Source: Eledone cirrhosa | Taxonomy: Eukaryota | DNA: 64,000 nt | Direction: 5' to 3' | Assembly (NCBI GenBank): GCA_964016885.1 | Contig: OZ024759.1 | Location: 20,274,001-20,338,000, forward strand | Shown here: one piece after another, positions 23,032-35,083 of the stretch | Position numbering within the stretch: position 1 is the first letter of the stretch | Layout: each line of letters opens with the position of its first letter | Program-made: the position numbers and the translations under genes | The notes under the pieces: model-generated | What the model was told of the DNA's origin: nothing | Seen by the model: the letters and a program-made list of their open reading frames with translations, nothing else | Databases searched by the model: none

Positions 23032-23235
23032 CGAAATCTCGCGAAATCACGTGATGTTGTTGAATCTCGTGATGTTGTTGTTTAGTTATCGTCTATCATT
23101 ACGACGTCATTTTGGTATTTGGTTGAGTGAAAAACCACTTCAAGATGGCGATAGTAAATAACGACCGTCCGTGTTTACTTCTTTGGAAACTAAGGTGGGC
23201 ATAGATATTATAAACTGAAACGACAAAGGTGAGAC
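23025..23235 (+). promoter_or_regulatory. CpG-rich promoter / first-exon-like patch
   Basis: TCTCGCGA x2 (23027, 23037), TCACGTGA (23047), GACGTCA (23103), YY1-type CAAGATGGCG (23141); donor-like AAG|GTGGGC (23195) and AAG|GTGAGA (23229). Confidence 0.5.
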
Positions 23236-23339
23236 AAATTATAAACATGGAAAATACATATACTGTATAATTAACTGTTCAACTATTGTTATAGAGGTAA
23301 AAAAACTATTGCTAAAATTGTGTCAAGTGTTATACGTCG

Positions 23340-24232
23340 CGAGAATGGTTTCCGTTCGAACAAATTCCTCAATTAATTAATCAAAAAAAGAAAACATCTC
23401 ATGACAGAAGAAATATCAAAACTTCATTTGAATTTGCGGGCCTAGACAACCAATATCAATGGTATATGACTATAAACTTTAATTTTATTAAATATAAAAT
23501 ACAGTATTCAATAGAATACTGAATGTCACAGAATTGTATTTAGCAGACAACAATTCTCTTGAAAATATTGATTAAATGTTTATTCCTCGTCAATATCAAT
23601 GCCACCTGACTCTAAATATTAATTTTATTCAATAAAATACTGAATGAATGCCACTAAATGTTATTCAACAGAAGACCCTAACTCTATTTTAAAGATTTTC
23701 AGACTAAACATGGTAAAAATATTGGTCAAGAAATATTTACGCCTCACTATATTTTGGTTTCAGAGATATAAGTCTTGCTCGAACTTACTATAGAGGTCTG
23801 CCCATGTTGATATGGTAAAGACAGAGGCGGTTCTGTAATTATTGTTGGACATTCTTGAAGGGAGGCGTTTACCTACATGGACAGGTGTTAAATGTTAACG
23901 AGACAAGATGTTATTTAGAAGGAAAATTACCTGACATTATCATATTAGGAATAAAGTACTTTAAAATTATAAAAATGGGGAGGTACGTTGGACCTACGAT
24001 CAGAAAATGTTGTGGGGTTGATTCCTGGACTGGTTTGTGTGTTGTATTCTTTAAAAAATCCCCCAAAAACTCTTTATTTTACGTTGCTTCAGTACACACT
24101 GTTTCTATAATTGTTGTTGCACATTCTTGTGGAGGATTTTATTTACCTGGACAATTTTACAATGTTAACAAGATAGGATTATATTTGGATGGAAACGTAT
24201 CTGACTTTACCCTGTCAGGAATAAAGTAAGTG
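23340..24232 (+). pseudogene. Copy 3 of triplicated segment; decayed coding-like sequence plus a diverged exon-like paralog
   Basis: GGVYLHGQVLNVNETRCYLEGKLPDIIILGIK vs GGFYLPGQFYNVNKIGLYLDGNVSDFTLSGIK (24130-24226, followed by GTAAGT); stops and frameshifts elsewhere. Confidence 0.4.
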
Positions 24233-24399
24233 CAGTCATATTATAAATATACTTTTATATAAAAAAAAAAAAAATGAAATTATAATTATTATATTATTAT
24301 TATTTTTATTGTTGTGCAGCCCTAAACTTTTATGAGGGCACTCCGCCGAGTTAAGCTTTTTCTCTCTCGTTTTGATTATATTTTGTGTGTTTTAATATA

Positions 24400-24640
24400 T
24401 ATAAATTTTATTACAGTTGTATAAATTTACAGGAGAATAACGTTGCAAATATGTTTTAAATATCCATATATATACATAAATAACATAACAAATGCGTAAA
24501 TAATATTATAAATTGCCTGCAATTCGTTCAGAAGAACATTACAAATATAATGTCTAAACCGTGTATAAATAACAATAATATAAATTAATGAACAAAAATG
24601 ATGAAGGAAAGACAAAATAAGAAAAGAAAGTGGGGTGGTG
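24400..24640 (-). mobile_element. Isolated CRE-like 3' UTR fragment
   Basis: Homologous to 7430-7830. Confidence 0.55.
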
Positions 24641-24989
24641 GCGGGTGGGGACAATATCTATAAGGTTTCTAGCAATAGTTAATTGATTATATGTATCTAC
24701 TTCTGTTTAATCTTATATCTTTGTTGTATGAGATTAAATATAAGACATTGGTCGGCTGGAAATGAAACACAGAAAATAAAGTGAATATACGTTATTGTTC
24801 TATCATGAATATTAAAACAACAAAAGAAAAGATTGTTATTATTGTCACCCCTAATGTTTTCTTTCACTCTGATGTCTATATTTTCCGTTACGCGATGTAA
24901 ACATCCCTGTATGTTGTGTTTTTATCCCCCAAAGTCTTGGATCGCTGTGCCCAAATAAAACAGTGTCTCTCAACATTTTCTTCCTTATG

Positions 24990-25210
24990 AACCCTTATTT
25001 TAAATGTCTAAACAATCGTAGGCTCATTTTAAGTGTAAAAATAATTCCAGACTCGCATGTTTATTGTAAAAAAAATCATAGGCCTTCATTTTAAGTGTCG
25101 AAAAAAAATTGTACGCCCTCATTTTAAGTCTCAAAGGAATCGTAAACCCTCATTTTAAATGTCAAAAAAATTTCAGATTCGCATTTTAATTGTAGAACCT
25201 CATTTTAACA
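24990..25210. repeat. Degenerate ~30-33 bp tandem repeat
   Basis: CCTCATTTTAAGTGTCAAAAAAATCGTA-like unit repeated ~7 times. Confidence 0.75.
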
Positions 25211-25865
25211 ATAAAACAACTTAAAAATAACTGTTGCTGTAATACTTAACCGGAAGGTTTAAAGGTTTATAGTCTCATATCCTCGGGATGAATCTTAATC
25301 AGGTGAAACATGTTAGTTTGACAACATATCGACTCTTTGATGTTTATATATATATATATATTATTTTAGTTAATTTCTATCGACTAAGAAGAAAAGTCAG
25401 GTAAATTTTATGTCTGTTCTTCAAAGTTATAATTATATAATATTATAAAGTAAAATGGCAGGTGGCCGGTGAACCACCAAATTAAAACATATGTATATAT
25501 ATATATGTATATATATATATATAGCATATCGCTGAGGGTACTGGTGTTCAAAACGAAAATATAAATAGTTTAATTGAACATTTTTTATAAATAACCTTAA
25601 AAATTTGTTTATAAATTCTTAAAGAATGAAAATATGAGTACAAATAATATAAATATATATATATATATATATACACACACAATATTACACAAATATTCGA
25701 CATTAATATATATATGTATGTGTGTGTATATATATATATGTGTGTGTGTGTGTATAATTGTGTGTGTTATAATGGTTCGTACACATACGAATCATAAATA
25801 TTTACTTTCTCTTTCTACATATTGCGATTTCTTGTTGACATTTTCGATATACACACACACTCTCA

Positions 25866-25897
<32 letters not shown>

Positions 25898-25898
25898 G

Positions 25899-25944
<46 letters not shown>

Positions 25945-25951
25945 TCTCTCT

Positions 25952-26415
25952 TATATGAATGTATATATAGTGTATTTTGCAATCGACTGTATGCTTAATT
26001 AAAAGCATTTCGAAGACCTTACGCTCTTGTTTTAGCGTAGTGACAGTCTCACTTACTTTAAATTTTCAGCAAACAGGGGAGCTAAAGATCTCTGTTTCGT
26101 ACTGATTGGTACTTATCAAAGCCAAGTACTCCAGCTGTTTGCTGAAAATCATGAATGTTTGATTCTTATAGAATTCTAGTAATAATCAGGAACTGATTAT
26201 ACAGAGCGGTTGCTGGTCAGGCAGAAATTGAAAATTAGAATTAGTGCTCTGAAAGTACCGATCAGTACGAAACAGAGCTCTTTATCTCCTCCGTTTACTG
26301 AAAATTTAAAGTAAGTGAGACTGTCACTACTCTAAAACAATAGCGTAAGGTCTTCGAAATGCTTTTAATTAAGCATACAGTGTATTGCAAAATACACTAT
26401 ATATACATTCATATA
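25952..26415. mobile_element. Foldback/MITE with ~165-bp TIRs in (TA)n
   Basis: 25952-26117 is the near-perfect reverse complement of 26250-26415. Confidence 0.85.
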
Positions 26416-26535
26416 TATATATATCGCTATTTCAGAGCACCAATTCTAATATATTTATATATGACTCTCCAGTGAATTTCCAACCGATAAGGTATGATTT
26501 TCATGGGTACGTCTCTATTTATAAAACAAACTTTG

Positions 26536-26598
26536 TATTTTATCTGATGAAAGCGCACCAATGGTGTCTTGGTTGCCCTTGAAATATATATAATAGTT
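26536..26598 (+). ncRNA. Hammerhead motif (Penelope-type)
   Basis: TTAT-CTGATGA-AAGCGCACCAA..TTGGTTGCCCTT-GAAA-TATATA-TA-ATAG; second copy at 26960-27015. Confidence 0.55.
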
Positions 26599-26959
26599 TC
26601 CATTTATTTAATATCATGGAATATTTACTCCAGTAAACTGTTGAGTGCTCTAAATCAGTTATAAACATTTATGTTTGTTGGACTTCCAACAAATTAAATA
26701 CAACTTCTACATATATATATATATATATATACTTATATATATATACACAATTCATGCCAAAGTGTCCAAAAAGGGGGAAGAATGAGATTTCTCGTATATT
26801 AATGATGATTTATTTTCTATTGGTAATACACGCATACACACACATATGTATATAAGTATATATATAAGTATATATATATATATATGTACTTCCAGGGATA
26901 ACTTGAACCGTTAAGGTATATTATCCTTGGTTATGGCAAATATTTATAAAACATTTTGT

Positions 26960-27015
26960 ATTTTATCTGATGATAGCGTACCAAAATTTTAGTACCCTTG
27001 AAATATATATAATAG
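26960..27015 (+). ncRNA. Hammerhead motif, second copy (weaker stem II)
   Basis: TTAT-CTGATGA-TAGCGTAC..GTACCCTT-GAAA-TATATA-TA-ATAG. Confidence 0.45.
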
Positions 27016-27068
27016 AATAAATATGGTTTTATAAATATAGTTTCCATTTATTTAATATCACTGTATAA

Positions 27069-27106
<38 letters not shown>

Positions 27107-27782
27107 TTTCTGAATTTGTTTAGCAAGATTCATCTGAAATTGTGTGTTGAAACCGATATTGTTATACTTTGGGAGGGTCATGTTGCCAATAAGAAACACA
27201 CGCACCAGTTGCTTTCACTTCAATTTATTATATATTTATAAATTTACAAATTTATAAATTTATAAATTTGTAAATTTATAAATTTATAAATTTGTAAATT
27301 TATAAATATATAATAAATTGAAGTGAAAGCAACTGGTGCGTGTGTTTCTTATTGGCAACATGACCCTCCCAAAGTATAACAATATATATATATATATATA
27401 TACAAACATAAATTATCGAGATTCGCATTTCGGCCCACGAAATAACGAAAAACAACCTCCGAGATGTGAGGCAAGTGCTCAATGGTTCAGAGGAACCAGA
27501 GCTATAACAAACGTTAAACGCCAAACACACTAATGGTTAAACAATCATTCGCATAGCCAAAAAAAAACGATCAAGTAATTCGGGTATTGAAAATTTACCC
27601 GGACCCCTGGAAGGTTGGTAAAATCCAGTATTTGGGTTTCTGCGGCTCCTAAATCAAGTACCGTCCGCTTACATAAATAATGTCAGGCTTCTGTTAAGAT
27701 GATTGATCAAGGAAGCCACTTACTCAACAGGTTTTAGTTCAATGTTAATACAAGGACTGACTATATATATATATATATATAT

Positions 27783-28193
27783 ACTGCAGAGGATATGCGA
27801 CGGCTGGAGAGAAATGAGGCAAGCATGCTCCGTTGGATGTGCAGTGTAAATGTGCGTGAACGACCCAGCATAAATGTGTTGAGAGAGAAACTGTGTCTGA
27901 GAGGGATAGAATGTAGTGGACGGGAGAGGAGACTGAGGTGGTATGGACATGTGATGCGCATGGAGGATGACCGATGGGTGAAGAAGTGCCAGGAAATGCC
28001 AGTTGAAGGAAGACGTGGTAGAAGTAGACCACGAAAAACATGGGCGGAGGTGGTGAGAACAGACCTCAGATCATTGAAGCTCACGGTGGAGATGACGAGG
28101 GACCGTGACGAGTGGAGAGATGCTGTGCTGAATAAGACCCGTCCCACCCTTGCAAGCAGGGAAGAGCGGACGTAAAATGATGATGATGATGAT
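27783..28193 (+). mobile_element. RTE LINE 3' end, open frame, (GAT)n tail
   Basis: ORF 27795..28175: MLRWMC...RLRWYGHVMRM...GRRGRSRPRKTW...DRDEWR. Confidence 0.92.
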
Positions 28194-29459
28194 ACTTATA
28201 TAAGAATGGAGGCGATAAAAACCAGTTAGACCATTACTCACCAGAATTCTCCATACTTGAGGTAGCAGAGTGGGTAATATGAAAAATTTGGATCTAGCTG
28301 TTAAAATGGCCGGAGCTCAGGCCAAGGAAACCTGGGTCAGCACTGGCCTAATGAACCTCCGGGCTGGAGACTGACTTAAGACTTATAGCTGTTGCATGTA
28401 GGATGGATCTGGCTATCAGCTAATTCCGTCATGAATATCATCCCACCACCACCTCTTGACCAGGAAGTGCAGGTTGTTTACCTCTGTCTGATGTGTATGG
28501 CAAAATAGGTTGCATGGTTAATACGCCTGAAAGGACTGGGGAGAGAGACCTGCCTCTTCAGCCTCGTCCTCATCAACTTTGGAAAGGAAGGTGAGGGTGG
28601 AGAGGTAAGTGCTGCACCCCACCCCGGTATGTATAGACCGGTAATTCACAAGGGAGTCGTAGGGGTGACATATTCACATACAAGATATCTAGGACATGTT
28701 TAAAGCCTAGCAGGCCATCTCCTCTCCAAGTCTGAATTCAGTAGATTTCTTCCAGAAAGTGAGAGAATGGAAATGAGCAAAAGACAGAGAGGAAGAATCA
28801 ACCCCAGTACTAGATGTCCACTACCCCCAGTACATTTGTTATAAGATGGGTAAATGTAACAAGGATGGCTTGGCTGAATGGATCTACTCTGAGCATGCGC
28901 TTGTTGGCTGGAGAGTTCAGAGAGGAGAGGTGGCACCTTTATACAGAGCTTCTGTTACAGTTTAGGGATTGTGTTATCATGACAAAAAGCATCCAGCTCA
29001 CACTGTAATGTGCTCACTTTGGTGCCACGACAAAAAGTGACCAGTTATGTAGTCGTGTTGGTATTACAACAACAATCGTCCCGCTCACACTGTAAAAGGT
29101 CATGTAGGTGTCATAATAAATAGCACCCAGTCTACACTGTAAATGAGGTTGGCGTTAGGAAGGGCATCCAGCTGTAGAAATCAAGCCCAAATCAGTTCTG
29201 TTTGAGCAAGACATGGTCACCTGACCTGACTTGTCTCAAATAGGGCAATTCATCTAATCCATGCTAGCATGGAAAAAATGGACATTAAACAATGATGATG
29301 ATTGTAAATTTGAATGATTAATGTATGCATATGCACATACACACACGCACACATGCACACACACATACATATACGTGTCAGCATATGGAAAAAAATTCTA
29401 GTATTTTAAATTGCTTTCTCAGTGTTGTATTGGTGATAAAAAGACAGCCAGCTAATAAT

Positions 29460-29925
29460 AATAATTGTTTCTACTTTTGGCACAAGGCCAGCAATTATCC
29501 CAGTGCATTACTGGTACTTTATTTTATTCACCCTGTCAGGATGAGAGTCAAAGTTAAGCCACCAAGGTTAACTTTGCCTTTCATCCTTACGGGGCTGATA
29601 AAATAAAGCACCAGCAATGTACTGGGGTAATTGCTGGCCTTGTGCCAAAAGTAGAAACAATTATTATAAGCTCTCATGGTGGATTGACATTATTGGTAGA
29701 TAAAAGGGCGGTGGATTGGCAGTATCGGTAGAGGGTCGGACGCCATGCTTTGCAGCAAAGAGTTATGGCCCTTTATGATCCGAGTTCAAATCCCGCCGAG
29801 GTTAACTTTGGCTTTCATCCTTACGAGGTCGATAAAATAAAGTACCAGTAATGTTCTGGAGTCAATTTAATCGATTTTCTCTTCCTCTTTTCAAATTGTT
29901 GACCTTGGGTCAAAAGTAGAAACAA
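29460..29925. mobile_element. Family-1 SINE cluster (inverted pair plus full copy)
   Basis: Minus copy at 29462-29558, plus copy at 29565-29668, full plus copy at 29707-29925. Confidence 0.88.
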
Positions 29926-30184
29926 TTGTTTGAAGGGATGTGGATCATTTATGGGGGGGTGGGCTATTTATGTTCTGAGTTCAAATCCCGCTAAGGTCAA
30001 CTTTGTCTTTCAGTACTTCTGGAGTCCTTAAACTAAAGTACCAGTGAAGTTAGTTGTGATGAAACAATTGTTCCAATTATGTGAATTTCATATGAAAGTG
30101 TGTGAGTATTCCACAGACTTGTGTACCCATAACAGAATTCTCAGGAAGATTCAATAAAAAGGAATATGTGGCAAGGGTGGCTGT

Positions 30185-31027
30185 TTGGGTAACAGGCACA
30201 ATACATATTTGCCAGCCAATTAGATCGGAGCAACATGAAATAAAGTTTCTTGCTTAAGAACACAATGCCTCTTTAAATCACAGGCACAATACCTATTTGC
30301 TGGTCAAGTGGATAGGAGCAGTGTGAAATAAAATGTCTTTCTCAAGGACACAATGTCTGCTTGAATCACAGGCTTGATTTGACAGCCAAGTGGATTGGAG
30401 TGACGTGAAATAAAGTATTTTGCTCAAGAACTCAATGTCCCTTTGAATCCCAGGCGCAATACATATTTGCTGGTCAAGTGGATTGGAGTAACATGAAATA
30501 AAGTGTCTTGCTCAAGAACTCAATGTCCCGTTGAATCCCAGGCACAATACATATTTGCTGGTCAAGTGGATTGGAGTAACATGAAATAAAGTGTCTTGCT
30601 CAAGAACTCAATGTCCCTTTGAATCCCAGGCACAATACATATTTGCTGGTCAAGTGGATTGGAGTGACATGAAATAAAGTATTTTGCTCAAGAACTCAAT
30701 GTCCCTTTGAATCCCAGGCACAATACATATTTGCTGGTCAAGTGGATTGGAGTAACAGGAAATAAAGTGTCTTGCTCAAGAACTCAATGTCCCCTTGAAT
30801 CCCAGGCACAATACATATTTGCTGGTCAAGTGGATTGGAGTAACATGAAATAAAGTGTCTTGCTCAAGAACTCAATGTCTCTTTGAATCCCAGGCACAAT
30901 ACATATTTGCTGGTCAAGTGGATTGGAGTAACAGGAAATAAAGTGTCTTGCTCAAGGACACGATGTGTTCCTGGGAATCGAACTCGTGACTTTACGATCA
31001 TGAACCGAACACTCTAACCATCAAGCC
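30185..31027 (-). repeat. 88-bp tandem array (~9 units) derived from a tRNA-SINE body, capped by the SINE head
   Basis: GAATCCCAGG at 30445, 30533, 30621, 30709, 30797 and 30885; tRNA-like head at 30950-31027. Confidence 0.9.
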
Positions 31028-31084
31028 TTCACTGGTGAAGGGTAGTGGAGTGTGGAGGAGACATGAGTCATCCAGCGGTTAATG

Positions 31085-32175
31085 AGAAGGATGGTGATGG
31101 TGACAGTGGTGTGGTGAGAGTGGTGACGGTGGTGTGGTGTGAATGGTGATGGTGGTGTGGTGGTGAGTGTGGTGATGGTGAGAGTGGTGACGGTGGTGTG
31201 GTGTGAATGGTGATTGTGGTGTGGTGGTGAGTGTGGTGATGGTGAGAGTGGTGACGGTGGTGTGGTGTGAATGGTGATTGTGGTGTGGTGGTGAGTGTGG
31301 TGATGGTGAGAGTGGTGGTGGTGAGTTGTGGTGAGTGTGGTGATGGTGAGAGTGGTGATGGTGAGAGTGGTGATGGTGGTGAGAGTGATGGTGGTGAGTG
31401 GTGGTGATGATGGTGAGAGTGATGGTGGTGAGTGATGGTGATTAGTGATAGTGGTGATAGTGAGAGTGGTGATGATGGTGAGAGTGATGGTGGTGAGTGG
31501 TGGTGAGTAGTGATAGTGGTGATAGTGAGAGTGGTGATGATGGTGAGAGTGATGGTGGTGAGTGGTGGTGAGTAGTGATAGTGGTGATAGTGAGAGTGGT
31601 GATGATGGTGAGAGTGATGGTGAGTAGTGATAGTGGTGATAGTGAGAGTGGTGATGATGGTGAGAGTGATGGTGGTGAGTGGTGGTGAGTAGTGATAGTG
31701 GTGATAGTGAGAGTGGTGATGATGGTGAGAGTGATGGTGGTGAGTGGTGGTGAGTAGTGATAGTGGTGATAGTGAGAGTGGTGATGATGGTGAGAGTGAT
31801 GGTGGTGAGTGGTGGTGAGTAGTGATAGTGGTGATAGTGAGAGTGGTGATGATGGTGAGAGTGATGGTGGTGAGTGGTGGTGATGGTGAGAGCAGTGGTG
31901 GTGATGATGGCGGTAGCAGTGTTGGTGGTGGGAGCAGTGGTGGTGGTGGTAGCAGTGGTGGTGGTGGGAGCAGTGGTGGTGGTGGTAGCAGTGGTGGTGG
32001 TGGTAGGAGTGGTTGTGGAGGTAGCAGTGGTGGTGGTGGAGGTAGCAGTGGTGGTGGTGGGAGCAGTGGTGGTGGTAGTGGTAGCAGTGGTGGTGGTGGT
32101 AGCAGTGGTGGTGGAGGTAGCAGTGGTGGTGGTGTTAGCAGTGGTGGTGGTGGTGGTAGTGGTGGTGGTAGTATG
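31085..32175. repeat. GGT/GTGA-rich low-complexity repeat with ~66-bp higher-order unit
   Basis: Repeating GAGTGGTGGTGAGTAGTGATAGTGGTGATAGTGAGAGTGGTGATGATGGTGA. Confidence 0.9.
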
Positions 32176-32377
32176 GAGAAATGGGGTTGAGGGAGCGGAG
32201 AGGTGAGGACATCCTGTGGTTATTAAGTTGTGGTGGGTAGTAGTAGTAACAGTAGTAGTAGTAGTAGTGGGTAGGTGATGTTGATTATGTATTGACCACC
32301 CCAACCCCCCCCACAGCCACTGACACCATCATCAACACACCTACTACCACCACCATCACCATAAACACACACACACA

Positions 32378-32409
<32 letters not shown>

Positions 32410-32465
32410 TAGACAAGCAGCCATGTATATACATATACACTGCACACTACATAGACAAACTACAT

Positions 32466-32496
<31 letters not shown>

Positions 32497-32706
32497 CATA
32501 CATACAAACACGCATAACAAACTACTACACATACACGCCCACAATGTAAATATATCTACCCCTTTCAATATAGATGTAGAAATACACGCGTGCACACACC
32601 ACTCACACACACCACTTACACTCACACACACACCACTTACACTCACACACACATGTACATAAATAAACAAGAAGCCATGTATGTACAGACAATAAACTAC
32701 ACACAC

Positions 32707-32759
<53 letters not shown>

Positions 32760-33322
32760 GCTACCCCTTTCAAATCAACATCAATAGACCCTTTTGTTCA
32801 CTAAACAGTTAGTTGCCTGCCATAAATATTGGCATGGGCTGGACAAACGCACATACACACATACACATTCACACACATACACATTCACACACATACGCAT
32901 GCACATGGACACATACACATTCACACACATACACATGCACACATAAACATTCATACACATTCACACACATACACATGCACACACAAACATTCATACACAT
33001 TCACACACACATACACATTCACACATGAAACACATGCATACACATGCACATGCATACACATGCACAATCATACACATTCACACACCCATTCACACACATA
33101 CACATTCATACATGTACACACATACACATGCATGCACACATGCACATGCACACAAACTTTCTTATTCTCTCTCACATGCAGTCTCACACACTCACACACA
33201 CTTGCTCACATACACTGACACACACTGACACACTCACACACTCTCTCACACACACACACCGTATCACACTCAGTCTCTCTCACACACTCTCACTCACACA
33301 CACGCACAGTCTCACACCTCTT

Positions 33323-33362
<40 letters not shown>

Positions 33363-34458
33363 CTACAGACACACTCTTCCTTACTCTGTTTCACACACAG
33401 TCTAAACTACAATGAATCCATCTCTATCTGTGAGTGTGTGTATCTTTGTATGTGTGTATCTGTGTGTGTGTGTGTGTGTACCCAGTCAAGCATCTTGTGA
33501 ATTGTTTTCATACAAGATAATAGTGTGTGTGTGTGTGAATAGGCGTTAGAGCATGAAAAACCATACACACATACATATGTTGTGTGTGTGTGTGTATACA
33601 AGTGGACCGTGTGTTAATATATAATGCATATATGTATAGATATATTTGAATATCTATACGTGCGTGTAAGGACATGTAAACATCCATGTGTGTGTGTATG
33701 TATGTTTTGTTTTTTATGATTGTATGTATGTATGTACGTATGTTCGTATGTATGTTATGATTTTGAGTTTATTTTTGCCTGGTCACCTTCCTGGTGACAA
33801 GGTTGTAAAGAAAAGGAAATACTAATGCTGTTTGTGCAATCGTTTGTCTTTAGAATAGTAGGAATGTCTTACAGAGGTTTTAAGGTTAAGGACACCATAG
33901 CCAATTGTAGTTTATGAATTAAGGAGCTGTGTTCTGTCTCCAAGAATCCATGTTAAGTCATACTTTTGTGTATATTTTATGGTGCTGTAACTCCTGAGGG
34001 AGTCATAGGATGTTGCGTTGACATACAGCATTTCTAGGGCATTTTAAAAACCTGGTGGAGCCCATCACCTCTTCAGATCTGAATAAAGCAGATTTCTTTC
34101 AAAAAAGGATAGTGAGTGAGAGAATGGAAGTGAGAAAGATATAAAGAGGAAAGACTGACCCCAGCATTAGACTGGTACTTTTTTTTTATCAATCTCAAAT
34201 GGAGGAAAAGCAAAATTGAGCTCGGCATGACTTGAAATAAATACCACAAAGTATTTTGTATGACACATTCACAATTTTGCGACATATCCTGCCCTAATCA
34301 TCATCATCAACATCATCACCATTTTACGTCCGTTCTTCCACGCTAGCATGGGTTAGACGGGTTGTCCTGTTGTGGGCAGTGTCCAGTTGGCTGACCTTGT
34401 CTTGCTCATACGGGAACTGATTCTTGCTTGATTTCTACAGCTGGATGCCCTTCCTAAC

Positions 34459-34489
<31 letters not shown>

Positions 34490-34649
34490 GTTTCTACTTT
34501 TGGCACAAGGCCAGCAATTACCCCAATGCATTACTGGTACTTTATTTTATTGACCCCGTAAGGATGAAAGGCAAAGTTAACCTGGCAGAATTTGAACTCG
34601 GAACGTAAAGGACCATAACTCCCATGCTGCAGAGCACGGTGTCCGACGA

Positions 34650-34899
34650 GGATGTGGGAATTAAGAAGGATTTGGGATTGTCATGAGATGAAGGTTGTCC
34701 TGATTGTCATAGGAGCACTAGATACTACCTCAAAGAGTTTTCAAGGATGGTTAAAGAACATTAGCCCAGCCCCTTTTTTTGGAACACTTAAGAAGGTATG
34801 TTTGCTGGGAACAGCAAGAACCCTTCGATACGTTCTGAATATCTGAGGCTGCAGGTAACAGCTTGATGTTCATTTGAACAAACTTCCCAGTTAAATAAC
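34650..34899 (+). mobile_element. R4/Dong-like RLE retrotransposon 3' end
   Basis: WELRRIW..KVVLIVIGALDT...LKKVCLLGTARTLRYVLNI*. Confidence 0.72.
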
Positions 34900-35083
34900 T
34901 GTTTCTACTTTAGGCACAAGGCCAGCAATTACCCAGTGCATCACTGGTACTTTATTTTATCGATCCCGTAAGGATGAAAGGCAAAGTCAACCTCGGCGGG
35001 ATTTGAACTCAGATCGTAAAGGGACGTAACTATGCTGGAAAGCATGGCGTCCGACCCTCTACCGATACTGCCAATCCACCGCC
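34900..35083 (-). mobile_element. Full-length family-1 SINE
   Basis: 17-bp TSD CTTCCCAGTTAAATAAC at 34883-34899 and 35084-35100. Confidence 0.93.

Noticed and set aside
27795-28175. 126-aa ORF as a host gene
   Set aside because: It is the C-terminus of an RTE LINE ORF, with a (GAT)n tail and several decayed paralogs in the window.
31021-32304. 427-aa Thr/His-rich ORF (mucin- or His-rich beak-protein-like)
   Set aside because: It derives from (CAC/ACC)n low-complexity repeat that is open in several frames, and it shifts frame-character along its length. No signal peptide or splice context.
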